A stretch of DNA of 64,000 nucleotides from Planctomycetota bacterium. Its GTDB lineage: Bacteria > Planctomycetota > PLA2. Positions within the stretch are counted from its first letter, which is position 1; each line of letters starts with the position of its first letter. This document shows positions 27,573-38,119 of this stretch, piece by piece. The notes under the pieces are model-generated. The model did no database searches, was not told the DNA's origin, and saw only the letters and a list, made by a program, of their open reading frames with translations. The position numbers and the translations under genes were made by a program. The stretch covers positions 93,403 to 157,402 of the forward strand of contig JAJFFF010000001.1 in assembly GCA_021776785.1 (NCBI GenBank), in the 5' to 3' direction.

Positions 27573-27847
27573 TCCATCGTGGCCAGAAGTTGAAAGCTAT
27601 GGAGTCTTTGCACGTGAATCTCGGCAGGCTCACGCGGGCCGGTCCAAACGATCGCGCGCCCCTCGCGGTGCACGGTCATCATGAGGCTGTACGCCTTCCC
27701 GTAGTCGTACCCAAAGAGGCGCTGCAGGACCATCGTGACGTAGCTCATGAGTGTGATCGGGTCGTTGTGCACGATCACATTCCACGGCGGTGCGAGGCGC
27801 GTTTGCGTCGACGTTTCGACCTGCTCTAGGACTCCGGGCTCGGGCAT
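27557..27847 (-). CDS. clpS: ATP-dependent Clp protease adaptor ClpS
   Basis: WNVIVHNDPITLMSYVTMVLQRLFGYDYGKAYSLMMTVHREGRAIV is a textbook ClpS core. Confidence 0.85.
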   Translation of the reverse strand: MPEPGVLEQVETSTQTRLAPPWNVIVHNDPITLMSYVTMVLQRLFGYDYGKAYSLMMTVHREGRAIVWTGPREPAEIHVQRLHSFQLLATMECTQE

Positions 27848-27859
27848 GTCGTTCGTATT

Positions 27860-28759
27860 CTAACGCTGCCCACCCGGATAGTCGGCGCGATCGGGGATGC
27901 CTGCGCGTCCTCCGACGGCCGTCGCGCCTTGCGCGCCGACCCACGCCGCGAAATCGAATGTCCTCTCCCACGGCCACGAGGCGAGCGCACCCTCGACCAA
28001 AGCAGCGTGAAACAAGTCGCCGCATCCGGTCGTGTCGATCGCATCGACCGCGTGCGCCGGGCGTTCCAACCACGTCTCGCCAAACGACGCGAGGTAGCCG
28101 TGCTCGCCGAGCGTCACGCCGGCGACGGCGACCCCGAGCTCGCGCAGGCGACGGAGCGCGGTCGTCGGCTGACCGTCGGATGCGAACGCTTCGGCGAACG
28201 ACTGCGACGCCACAAACACATCGGCGTGCGGGATCATCGCTTCCGTGCCGTCGCGTAGCGTCCCCGCATCGACGACCACCAGATCGGCGCGCGCGGCCGC
28301 CGCGATCGACGGGGCGCGATACAGCCCGTCCGTCAAGAACACGCGAGCGCGCGGCCAATCGAGCTCGTCGGCCCCGGGCGCGGCTCCGGTCGCGCGGCGC
28401 CAATAGATCTTGCGGCGGCCCGTTCCCTGCTCGATCGCGACAAATGCGAATTGCGACTCGCTCGCGGCGCGCTCCAGGAGCAAGGGCATGACGCCCTCTT
28501 TTTCGAGGTCGGCTGCAATCGCTCGGCCCGCCGCGTCGTCCCCGACCACGCCCGCGAAAGCGGCCTTCCGCCCCCAACGCGCCAGGGCGACGGTCGCTGT
28601 GGCGGCGGGGCCGCCACACTGCTCGGTGAGCTCCGCTATTTCCTGCTTGTTGTCCCAACCCGGGTCGCGGGGGATGACACCGAGGCGGTCGAGAACGCAT
28701 TGGCCGAGCGCGAAGACCTCGTAGTCGAAACTCACGCTCCTACAATACGCACTAAGCAT
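27860..28759 (-). CDS. PfkB-family carbohydrate kinase
   Basis: DTTGCGDLFHAAL anion-hole motif. The upstream 130 codons of the ORF look like junk; start placed at ATG 28759 (alternatively GTG near 28735). Confidence 0.65.
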   Translation of the reverse strand: MLSAYCRSVSFDYEVFALGQCVLDRLGVIPRDPGWDNKQEIAELTEQCGGPAATATVALARWGRKAAFAGVVGDDAAGRAIAADLEKEGVMPLLLERAASESQFAFVAIEQGTGRRKIYWRRATGAAPGADELDWPRARVFLTDGLYRAPSIAAAARADLVVVDAGTLRDGTEAMIPHADVFVASQSFAEAFASDGQPTTALRRLRELGVAVAGVTLGEHGYLASFGETWLERPAHAVDAIDTTGCGDLFHAALVEGALASWPWERTFDFAAWVGAQGATAVGGRAGIPDRADYPGGQR

Positions 28760-30800
28760 GGACGCGGCGACCCATCCCTTTGACAGCATTGTTTGGAACC
28801 GTCGGGAGGCAGTCATCTCCGACGACGACGGGGCGCGCGTGTTTGCGCTGGGTGACGTCGAAGCGCCCGCGGGCTGGTCTGACAGCGCCGTCAACGTGGT
28901 CGCGAGCCGGTACTTTCGCGGCGACCCGCGCGAGACATCCGTGCGCGAAATGATGCAGCGTGTCGGGGGGACGTTGGCGTCTTGGGTCGTGGCGCAAGGA
29001 CTTGGTGGCGACGACTTCGAGTACCGGTTGCTTGAAATCTTGGTGCGCCAACGCGCGGCGTTCAACTCGCCGGTTTGGTTCAACGTCGGCGTCGATGCGG
29101 AGCCGCAGTGTTCGGCGTGCTTCATCCTTTCGGTGCGCGACGACATGCGGTCGATTCTTGAGTTGGTTGCGACCGAGGGGTTGGTGTTTCAGCGTGGCTC
29201 TGGTTGCGGCACCAATCTAAGTCCGCTGCGTTCGAGTCGGGAGGCGATTGCTGGCGGCGGACGCGCGTCCGGGCCGGTGAGCTTTATGCGCGGGTATGAC
29301 GCGTTTGCGGGCGCCGTAAAGTCGGGCGGTCGCACGCGCCGCGCTGCGAAGATGCAAATCCTCGACGTCGATCATCCCGATATCTTGGAGTTTGTGGATG
29401 CGAAGCGGCGTGAGGAAGACAAGGCGCGCGCTCTGATCGCCGCAGGATTTGCGGGTGGACTGGATGGCGAGGCCTATCGCAGCGTCGCGTTTCAAAATGC
29501 CAACTTGAGTGTGCGCGTGTCCGACGCGTTCATGGAGGCCGTGGCGGCGGATGACCCGTGGGCGTTGCGCGCGCCGACGACCAGCGCGGTCGTGGAACGC
29601 ATTCCGGCGCGTTCGATCTTGCGGCAGATGGCGGAGGGAGCCTGGGTTTGCGGGGACCCCGGGATTCAGTACTCGTCGACGATTGAGTCCTGGAATCCTT
29701 GCAAGGCTTCCGGGTCGATCCAGGCGAGCAATCCGTGCGGCGAATACCTGTTTTTGAACGACTCGGCGTGCAACTTGGCGTCGTTGAATCTGCTGCGGTT
29801 CCTTCGTGCGGACGCCACGTTCGACATCGCGGCGTTTCGCGGCGATACGGATGCACTGCTGCGCACGATGGAAGCGATCGTCGATCGTTCGTCTTATCCC
29901 ACACCCGACATCGTTGCCAACAGTCGCCGCTTCCGGCCGCTTGGATTGGGTTACGCCAATCTCGGTGCGCTTCTCATGTCGTTGGGTTTGCCGTACGACT
30001 CCGCGGAAGCGCGTGCGTGGGCGGCGTCGATCACGGCGTTGATGACGGGTGAGGCTTATAAGACTTCGGCGACCATGGCGCGCGACCGCGGCCCGTTTGA
30101 TGCTTGGCAAAGCAATCGCGCCTCGTTCCTTGACGTCTTGGAGCGGCATCGCGCTGCGCTGGACGACATTGTCGGTGCGCCCGCGCCCATTCTCGACGCG
30201 GCGCGCGCAGCTTGGAGCGATGCGCTCCAACTCGCGCACAAGCACGGCGTGCGCAACGCGCAGACGACGTTGCTCGCGCCCACGGGGACGATTGCCTTTC
30301 TTATGGATTGCGACACCACGGGCGTCGAGCCGGACTTGTCGCTCGTCAAGTACAAGCGCCTTGCCGGGGGCGGAACGCTCAAGCTCGTCAACCGTACCGT
30401 CCCGACCGCGCTGCGCCGCCTCGGTTACGACGACGCGCACGTTGATCGCATCGTCGCTTATGTCGAAGAGCACGAGATGATCGAGGGGGCGCCCGGACTC
30501 CGCGACGCGCACTTGCCGGTGTTCGACTGCGCCTTTCGTCCGAGTCGCGGAGCGCGCGCGATCGCTGCCGACGGACACCTTGCCATGATGGCGGCCGCGC
30601 AACCGTTCCTGAGCGGCGGCATCTCGAAAACGGTGAACTTGCCGGAAGACGCCACGGTCGAAGACATTGAACGCTTGTACGCGCGCGCTCACAAGCTCGG
30701 CATCAAGGCGTTCGCGGTCTACCGAGAAAACTCAAAGGGCGCGCAACCACTCGAGACCGGCCACTGCGTCGTTGACGCAAACGGCGGCTGCTGCGAATAG
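28758..30800 (+). CDS. nrdJ: class II adenosylcobalamin-dependent ribonucleoside-diphosphate reductase
   Basis: SACFIL and GSGCGTNLS active-site motifs, PCGEYLFLNDSACNLASLNL, and a C-terminal CxxC tail (GGCCE). 680 aa with no intein. Confidence 0.85.
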   Translation: MDAATHPFDSIVWNRREAVISDDDGARVFALGDVEAPAGWSDSAVNVVASRYFRGDPRETSVREMMQRVGGTLASWVVAQGLGGDDFEYRLLEILVRQRAAFNSPVWFNVGVDAEPQCSACFILSVRDDMRSILELVATEGLVFQRGSGCGTNLSPLRSSREAIAGGGRASGPVSFMRGYDAFAGAVKSGGRTRRAAKMQILDVDHPDILEFVDAKRREEDKARALIAAGFAGGLDGEAYRSVAFQNANLSVRVSDAFMEAVAADDPWALRAPTTSAVVERIPARSILRQMAEGAWVCGDPGIQYSSTIESWNPCKASGSIQASNPCGEYLFLNDSACNLASLNLLRFLRADATFDIAAFRGDTDALLRTMEAIVDRSSYPTPDIVANSRRFRPLGLGYANLGALLMSLGLPYDSAEARAWAASITALMTGEAYKTSATMARDRGPFDAWQSNRASFLDVLERHRAALDDIVGAPAPILDAARAAWSDALQLAHKHGVRNAQTTLLAPTGTIAFLMDCDTTGVEPDLSLVKYKRLAGGGTLKLVNRTVPTALRRLGYDDAHVDRIVAYVEEHEMIEGAPGLRDAHLPVFDCAFRPSRGARAIAADGHLAMMAAAQPFLSGGISKTVNLPEDATVEDIERLYARAHKLGIKAFAVYRENSKGAQPLETGHCVVDANGGCCE

Positions 30801-31190
30801 CCGCGCGCCCCGGCCCCCAACCGAAACCACCCAATCCGCGTCGCCAACCCAAGACCCGATGCGCCCCCCCCCCTGCGGGACCCGGTGCGGGACCACTTTA
30901 CCGATTGGGTCGTGATAACCGGTTTGATGGCAGCAGGTTACGGCGATGGTCTGCGGGAATTCTCGCGCAAAACCCGGCGCGAGGCGGGCGCGAATCCCAT
31001 AGATTGGTTGGAGTTGCCGTTGGAACGCAACATTTTGCGCGAAAAATCCCGCACCCGGCTTCCATAACAGATTTCAAAGAAAAGAGTTACGTCGGCCGGG
31101 AAGGAGAAGTGGTCCCGTTCTGGCCGACCCGGGTGGGGTGTGTTTGTTGGGTCTGCGTTTCGTTTTTGGTTCGCGGGTACACTCGGCTTT

Positions 31191-32690
<1,500 letters not shown>

Positions 32691-34136
32691 ATGCGTGTTC
32701 TGATTGTCATCACACTGCTCACCGCGGTAGCAGCGCCGCGCGCGCACGCGGCGGACGAAGTCCAACCCAAGTTGCGCAAGGCACTCGTCTCGCTTCAGGT
32801 CACGACCCAGTCGTGGGACACCAGCGAGCCGTGGAAAAAACGCCGCGTCAACACCCGCACCGGCCGCGGCGTCATGATCCGGCCGGGCGTGATCTTGACG
32901 CTCGCCAACGTGGTGCGCGACCAACTGCAGATCGAAGTGAGTGCGTACGGAAGCGCGCGCAGCTACCCGGCGCGGCTCCAGCATGTGGACTCGCGCATCG
33001 GCCTGGCGCTCGTTCAGATCACCGATGAGAAACTGAACGCCCAGCTCGAACCGATGACGCTCGGCGATTCCGTCAAGCTCGACGACGAGTTCAACATCTG
33101 GGAGCTCAACAGCGACAACCTGCTGCAGCGGGCGAAGGCGCGCGTCGTGCGCGCGCAAGCGTCCTCCACTCGCCTCACACTGCGCGTGAACACAACGAGC
33201 TCCGAGACCGGAAACGGTCAGGTGGCGGTGCGCGCCGGCAAAGTCGTGGGCCTGTTGATCGGAAGTATTCGCCGCCAGGAAGGCACGATCCTGTCCGTCG
33301 AGACGATTCGTCACTACCTCGACGGGTTTACCGACGATGGCTACAAGGAGCTTCCCGGGTCGTGCATCTGGATCCAGCCGCTTTTGCGTGAGGACCTGCG
33401 TCGGTACTACGGTCTAACCGAGAAACAACATGGCATCGCCATTCGCCGCGTGATGCCGGGAAGCAGCGCCGACGGCGTGATGCAACCCGGGGACGTGTTG
33501 CTCGGCGTTGACGGGTACGACCTCGACGACGAAGGTCAGTTCATTCATGAAACGCACGGCCGGCTACGCACGGGTTACTTGCTTCAGGGGCGCCGGTACG
33601 TCGGCGACAAAGTGAAGTTACGCATGTTGCGCGGCGGCAAAGAAATCGACCTGGAAATGACGCTTAAAGGACAGTCCGCCGCGCGCGAACTGGTCCCGCA
33701 GCGTCACGCCGGAACGCGCCCGCAATTTTTGGTTGTGGGCGGCCTGGTCGTGCTCGAGCTGACGGATCAGATTGGTATCTCCCGTTCGACGGGCGGCGTG
33801 ATTCTGCGCCGTTATTCGGATCGCGACACTTGGGACCCGATGGGCGAACGTCGTCGTGTGGTGTTTGTGGACCATGTGCTTCGCGACACGTCGAACAAGG
33901 GGTTTGAGACGTTGCGACAGCGACCGATTGTCTCGGTCAACGACAAGCCGATTGCCGAGATTGCCGACGTCGCGACCGCTCTGGAGAGCCGCAAAGAGGG
34001 ATTTCACGTGTTCCGGTTCGAGGGCGTGGAAACGGACTTCGTGGTTCCCGTTGACAAGTTGGGCGAGATCAACGCGCGCATCGCCGAGCGGTACAAAGTG
34101 ACGCGGGAGCGGTACCTACTCGGCGACGCCGAGTAG
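32691..34136 (+). CDS. catalytically inactive Deg/HtrA paralogue (pseudo-protease)
   Basis: Same domain order as the upstream protease, but the triad is lost: TLANVVRD has no His and GNGQVAV has no Ser. It is translationally coupled to the protease (TAGATG). Confidence 0.6.
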   Translation: MRVLIVITLLTAVAAPRAHAADEVQPKLRKALVSLQVTTQSWDTSEPWKKRRVNTRTGRGVMIRPGVILTLANVVRDQLQIEVSAYGSARSYPARLQHVDSRIGLALVQITDEKLNAQLEPMTLGDSVKLDDEFNIWELNSDNLLQRAKARVVRAQASSTRLTLRVNTTSSETGNGQVAVRAGKVVGLLIGSIRRQEGTILSVETIRHYLDGFTDDGYKELPGSCIWIQPLLREDLRRYYGLTEKQHGIAIRRVMPGSSADGVMQPGDVLLGVDGYDLDDEGQFIHETHGRLRTGYLLQGRRYVGDKVKLRMLRGGKEIDLEMTLKGQSAARELVPQRHAGTRPQFLVVGGLVVLELTDQIGISRSTGGVILRRYSDRDTWDPMGERRRVVFVDHVLRDTSNKGFETLRQRPIVSVNDKPIAEIADVATALESRKEGFHVFRFEGVETDFVVPVDKLGEINARIAERYKVTRERYLLGDAE

Positions 34137-34175
34137 CGCGGCCGCCGTCGCCATCGGAAAAAACGTGCCGCGCTG

Positions 34176-34221
34176 GGCCGGATCGCCCAAGAAATTCAGG
34201 TTTTTTGGCAAGGATCCGGCC
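34176..34221. promoter_or_regulatory. 9-bp perfect inverted repeat (ggccggatc...gatccggcc) upstream of an ECF sigma gene; possible terminator or operator
   Basis: Arms at 34176-34184 and 34213-34221, with a 28-nt loop containing TTTTTT. Confidence 0.25.
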
Positions 34222-34242
34222 CGGCGTGCGACTCCAAAGGGG

Positions 34243-34779
34243 ATGCGGCACGACGACAAGCAGTGGGTTGAGGAGGTCCGTGCGGGACGCACCGAGTCGT
34301 TTCGCAACCTCGTGGAGCGTCACTCCGCCGCTGTGTTTCGCATCGCGCGCTCGGTGGCGCGGCAAAACGCCGACGCGGAAGACCTCGCCCAAGAGGCGTT
34401 CGTCGCCGCGTTCCGTCACCTGGATCGGTTGCGCGACCCCAATCGGTTTCGCGCGTTTCTCCTAGCGATCGCATCGCGCAAAGCCACGGACTTCATTCGA
34501 CGTCGCCAGCGGCGCGCGCCGTTTCTTCCTCTGCTGGAGGAGCCTGCCGCCGAACGCGACGGCCCGCCGACGGAAACGACCGCGCGGCTCGACGTCGTGC
34601 GCCGCGTCGTGGATCAACTGGCCGACGATGCGCGGCTCGTGTTTGCACTGCGCCACCACGAGGGGCTCTCGTGCGTGCAGATCGCAAAATTTCTCGATGT
34701 GCCGGAAGGCACCATTTACAGCCGCTTGTCGCGCATTCACGCGCGCATTCGAAAAGCGGCCGAGGTAACGGACTCATGA
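34243..34779 (+). CDS. ECF RNA polymerase sigma factor
   Basis: Region 2 (AEDLAQEAFVAAFRHLDRL) and region 4 (LSCVQIAKFLDVPEGTIYSRL). The ATG at 34243 was verified. Confidence 0.75.
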   Translation: MRHDDKQWVEEVRAGRTESFRNLVERHSAAVFRIARSVARQNADAEDLAQEAFVAAFRHLDRLRDPNRFRAFLLAIASRKATDFIRRRQRRAPFLPLLEEPAAERDGPPTETTARLDVVRRVVDQLADDARLVFALRHHEGLSCVQIAKFLDVPEGTIYSRLSRIHARIRKAAEVTDS

Positions 34780-36644
34780 ACTGCACTCATGTCCGCGAAT
34801 GGTTGCGTCGCGACTTCGACGGCGCGGCGGATCCGTCCGGCGACGTTGCCGCTCACCTGGAGCGCTGCTCGACGTGCCGCTCGGAAGCCGGTCGTTTGAA
34901 AGCGCTCGCCGAGAGTGCGCGCGCCGCATTGCCGACGCCCGACGTCCCCCGGCACTTTTCCGACCGCGTCATGGCCGAGATCGCGCCGCCCGCCGATGCC
35001 GTTCTCGCCGCGTCCACGCGTCCGATGTGGCGCGGTTGGTGGCCCGTGGCCGCCGCCCTCTTGCTGATCCCCATGGCCGCGTTCTGGGCGATGCGCGAGA
35101 CGCCGCCCCAAACGATCACGCTGCCGGAGGGGGCGCACATGACGATGGGCGGCGTCGAGGTGACCGCGCTCAACGACTGCGAAGTGTTGCCGGAGGCCTC
35201 GGGACGTCCCGGGCGGCTCGTTTCGGGCCGCGTCTTGCTGACAACGATCGCGCCGGGGCGCGTGCGGACCGAACTGGGAGAGATTTCACTGAACGCGGAT
35301 TCCACGGTCGTGGCCGCGCTGGAACTGGAGGAAACGAAGATGAAACGAGTAATTCCCGCGGCGTTAAGCGTCGCGTTGTTGGCCGGTGGCGCTTCTGTTG
35401 CGAACGCCGAAGGCCAGGCCAAAGCGGACAAGAAACGGGCGGTTCGCGTCGAGCGCTTGCGCCGCGCGCCGCGCCACGACATAGCGACGTTGCGGCACGA
35501 GTTGAGCGAAGCGATGCACGCGTTGGCGCGTGCGCAGGAGCGTTTGGCGTCCGTGCAGATGCGCTTTGCGAAATGGGAGCGTGTCCCGGCGCCGCCCGCG
35601 CGGTTTGACGCGGCGCGATCTAAAAAAATGGTCCAAGCCTACGGCGTTCGCGCGGCCGAACTTACGAGCGGGATGAAGAAGCTGCAGAGCACCCTTACGA
35701 AGTTGGAAGCGAAGCAGAGGCAACTGGACCAAAAAGTCGCGGATGCGCGTGCCCGACCTGAGGATTCGCCGCAGTCGCGCGCGCGGATCGCGGAGTTGGC
35801 GCGCGCCGCATCGGCCCTAAGCGCGGAGAAAGCGGTCGTGCAGAACGCGCTGAGACAGGCGGAGGAGGAGCTCAAGAGAGTGAGTCCGACCATCCCTGGC
35901 TTTGGATACGGGGGAGGGCGCGGAGCGGCCGCCGCCGATCCGAGACCCCGCGCGAACGCCATCAAGACGTGGGTGCCGAAGCCCACCGTAGAGGCCGCCG
36001 AAAACCTCGTAGTCGCCGCCACGATCCAGCTTCAACAATGGCGTGCGGAGCTGAGCGCGGTCGAGAAAGCGGCGGAGGCATCAAAGTCGCAGGCCGAGCG
36101 GGCTAAGTATGAACGCTCGGCTGTCGCGGTGCGCAAAAAGCTCGCGTCCGCGGAGGCCGCCGTGGCCAAACATCGTGCCGATCACGAGTGGTTGACCGTC
36201 AAGTCCAAGATCAAGCGGATGCCGAAATTTCTGTTGGCAGACCGTGACGCGAATGAGGCGCGCATCGCCGTTTTGCAGGTCGAGATCGATAAGCTCCGCC
36301 GTGCGAATGAACAGTTGCGGAAGCCGAAGGTCGTAAAAGAGCTTTCGTACGTGAACTGCCTTGGGCAGCTCAAGAAGCGGCCGCACGCCGAACACGCCGC
36401 GTGGATTCAAAAGGCGACGAGTCTGGCGCGCACCGACGCGGAGCGGCAACGGATGCGCGAACTGCGGGACTCGCTGCGTTTGCTCACGCAAATGGAAGCG
36501 CATATCCAGACGTTTGCGAAAGAAAAGAAGATGAATGCGTTGGTGAAGACGGCGTCGGCTCTTGTGGAGGCCAACGAGAGATATGTCGATCAGATTGAGG
36601 GCGCGATCACCGCAGCTTCGCCCAAGAAGCGAAGCGTGCGCTAG
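34776..36644 (+). CDS. zinc-finger anti-sigma factor fused to a long periplasmic coiled-coil region
   Basis: Its start overlaps the sigma stop (ATGA). HLERCSTC zinc motif, a TM helix, then a second signal-peptide-like hydrophobic segment (MKRVIPAALSVALLAGGASVANA) followed by ~430 aa of heptad-rich coiled coil. Confidence 0.55.
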   Translation: MNCTHVREWLRRDFDGAADPSGDVAAHLERCSTCRSEAGRLKALAESARAALPTPDVPRHFSDRVMAEIAPPADAVLAASTRPMWRGWWPVAAALLLIPMAAFWAMRETPPQTITLPEGAHMTMGGVEVTALNDCEVLPEASGRPGRLVSGRVLLTTIAPGRVRTELGEISLNADSTVVAALELEETKMKRVIPAALSVALLAGGASVANAEGQAKADKKRAVRVERLRRAPRHDIATLRHELSEAMHALARAQERLASVQMRFAKWERVPAPPARFDAARSKKMVQAYGVRAAELTSGMKKLQSTLTKLEAKQRQLDQKVADARARPEDSPQSRARIAELARAASALSAEKAVVQNALRQAEEELKRVSPTIPGFGYGGGRGAAAADPRPRANAIKTWVPKPTVEAAENLVVAATIQLQQWRAELSAVEKAAEASKSQAERAKYERSAVAVRKKLASAEAAVAKHRADHEWLTVKSKIKRMPKFLLADRDANEARIAVLQVEIDKLRRANEQLRKPKVVKELSYVNCLGQLKKRPHAEHAAWIQKATSLARTDAERQRMRELRDSLRLLTQMEAHIQTFAKEKKMNALVKTASALVEANERYVDQIEGAITAASPKKRSVR

Positions 36645-36661
36645 GAGCAATCTCTCTCCAA

Positions 36662-36709
36662 AAGAGCCCTTGTCCGGCGTGCGCGCTGGGTGAGGGCTCT
36701 TCGTTTTGG
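36662..36709 (+). terminator. rho-independent terminator
   Basis: aagagccct ... agggctctt: a 9-bp stem followed by cgTTTTgg, 18 bp after the stop. Confidence 0.55.
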
Positions 36710-36751
36710 ATAGGAGCGATGGCGATTTTCTCGAACTGCTAGACTGCACCG

Positions 36752-37543
36752 ATGGCGTTCTCGTGGTGCGAAGAGTTGGAGCAGCCGCTTTCGTTGGCGT
36801 GTTCCACGTCCGGGAGTTGCGCGGCGTTGGATCGGCAGGGGCGGAGACTTTCGTTTGTTCCGTCCGATGAAACGGGCGGCGATCGGTTGGCTTTGGAGCT
36901 CGTCGAACCGGGGCGCTGCGTTCGATTCTTCGAAGAGCAACCGATCGTGCTCACCACAGACAACGAGCTGGTTCGTCTCAAAGCGGACGGGTCCCGCGGG
37001 GCGTCCATCCGCGTCAAGAACGACCCACGTGCGTTTGCGGTCACGCCGAGTGGGAGTGCCATCGTGGTGTACGGGCGCCACGGCGTTGCCGAGCACGGCG
37101 TGTTGTTGGAGCGATTGGGCGACAACCCGCTCGCCTGGACCGACGCGCCGCTGGTTGATGCAACGGCGGTGACGTGCGATCCGGGCGGCGTCTGGGTGGC
37201 GGGAACGGGGCGCGATCAGCCGCTGAGCCGCGTGGTGTACATGCGGCCCGTGCCGAACGGGTACGAGCCCATTCACACCGTCGCGCTGCCGCGACCGGCG
37301 CGCGCGCTCGCGGTCGGACCCGACGGCGCTCTGTACGTCGTGTTGGAGCCCGGCGAATCGCTGGTTCGCGTCGAACGCGGACGACCGGCCGCGCCGAAAC
37401 GCGTCGCGGCCCCGGTGCGCGACTTGGTGCGTGTCGGGGGTTCGCTTTGGGGCTGCGGTCCACGCGGCGTCGTCGCTTTGGATGCGTTTTTGCCGCCGCC
37501 CGCCGAACCGTCCGCGTTCACTCCGCCACCCTGCACGTCCTAA
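36752..37543 (+). CDS. hypothetical protein with possible beta-propeller-like repeats
   Basis: Repeated VxPxGxxxVV-type segments. No signal peptide. Confidence 0.35.
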   Translation: MAFSWCEELEQPLSLACSTSGSCAALDRQGRRLSFVPSDETGGDRLALELVEPGRCVRFFEEQPIVLTTDNELVRLKADGSRGASIRVKNDPRAFAVTPSGSAIVVYGRHGVAEHGVLLERLGDNPLAWTDAPLVDATAVTCDPGGVWVAGTGRDQPLSRVVYMRPVPNGYEPIHTVALPRPARALAVGPDGALYVVLEPGESLVRVERGRPAAPKRVAAPVRDLVRVGGSLWGCGPRGVVALDAFLPPPAEPSAFTPPPCTS

Positions 37544-37558
37544 CGCGGAGTCGATTCG

Positions 37559-38026
37559 GTGCTGGAGCCCTACCGTTCCCTCTTCGCCTTTTTTGTGGTC
37601 GCGTGGATGGGTGGTCTTGTGCTCGGCAAGTTGGCCGTGCGCTTTTGGATGCAGCGTCTCGGCCGCACACGCGCGTGGGAGCCGCTCCAGATTTTTGCGC
37701 CGCTCCTCGACTTGTTCGGCACGTGGGCGGGCACGCTCGGGTGCGTGGCGTTGGCGCTCGGCCGGCAGGGCTTCTCGCTCGCTTGGGCCGGAGCTCTCGG
37801 AATCTTGGCGGTCATGATCACAGCCACGCTTTACGACCGTGCCGTGCTCATGCCATCGCTGGACGCGGCGCTCCGGCGGCTCGCCGCGACGGAGGAAGCG
37901 GATGCCGCGGACGGGACCGAGAAGTGGGAGCGCGACTGGGCGTTTTTGTGGCGCATGGCGGTGCTCGGCCGCTGGCTGACGTTGATTCTCGGCGTTGTCG
38001 CGTTGCTCCTCGGGCTGCGCGCATAG
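37559..38026 (+). CDS. small integral membrane protein (4 predicted TM helices)
   Basis: Hydrophobic segments are spaced along the full 155 aa. Confidence 0.4.
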   Translation: MLEPYRSLFAFFVVAWMGGLVLGKLAVRFWMQRLGRTRAWEPLQIFAPLLDLFGTWAGTLGCVALALGRQGFSLAWAGALGILAVMITATLYDRAVLMPSLDAALRRLAATEEADAADGTEKWERDWAFLWRMAVLGRWLTLILGVVALLLGLRA

Positions 38027-38119
38027 TTTCGGGGCTCTCCCGCGACCCCGTGATAGGATCGCCGCCCAAAATCAACAAGATCAAAACACGTCCTCGTAGA
38101 CGCCAAAGGAACCAACGAC

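Noticed and set aside
27630-28700. 356-aa minus-strand ORF, extremely Arg-rich
   Set aside because: It is an alternative frame of the PfkB kinase gene. RRRR tracts are typical of off-frame GC-rich sequence.
30801-31190. Cobalamin riboswitch near nrdJ
   Set aside because: NrdJ is itself B12-dependent and the spacer is downstream of it. No B12-box-like consensus (rAGYCMGgAgaCCkGCc) was seen.
36081-36749. 222-aa minus-strand ORF
   Set aside because: It is antisense to the coiled-coil region of the anti-sigma fusion. The plus-strand frame has heptad periodicity and a terminator.
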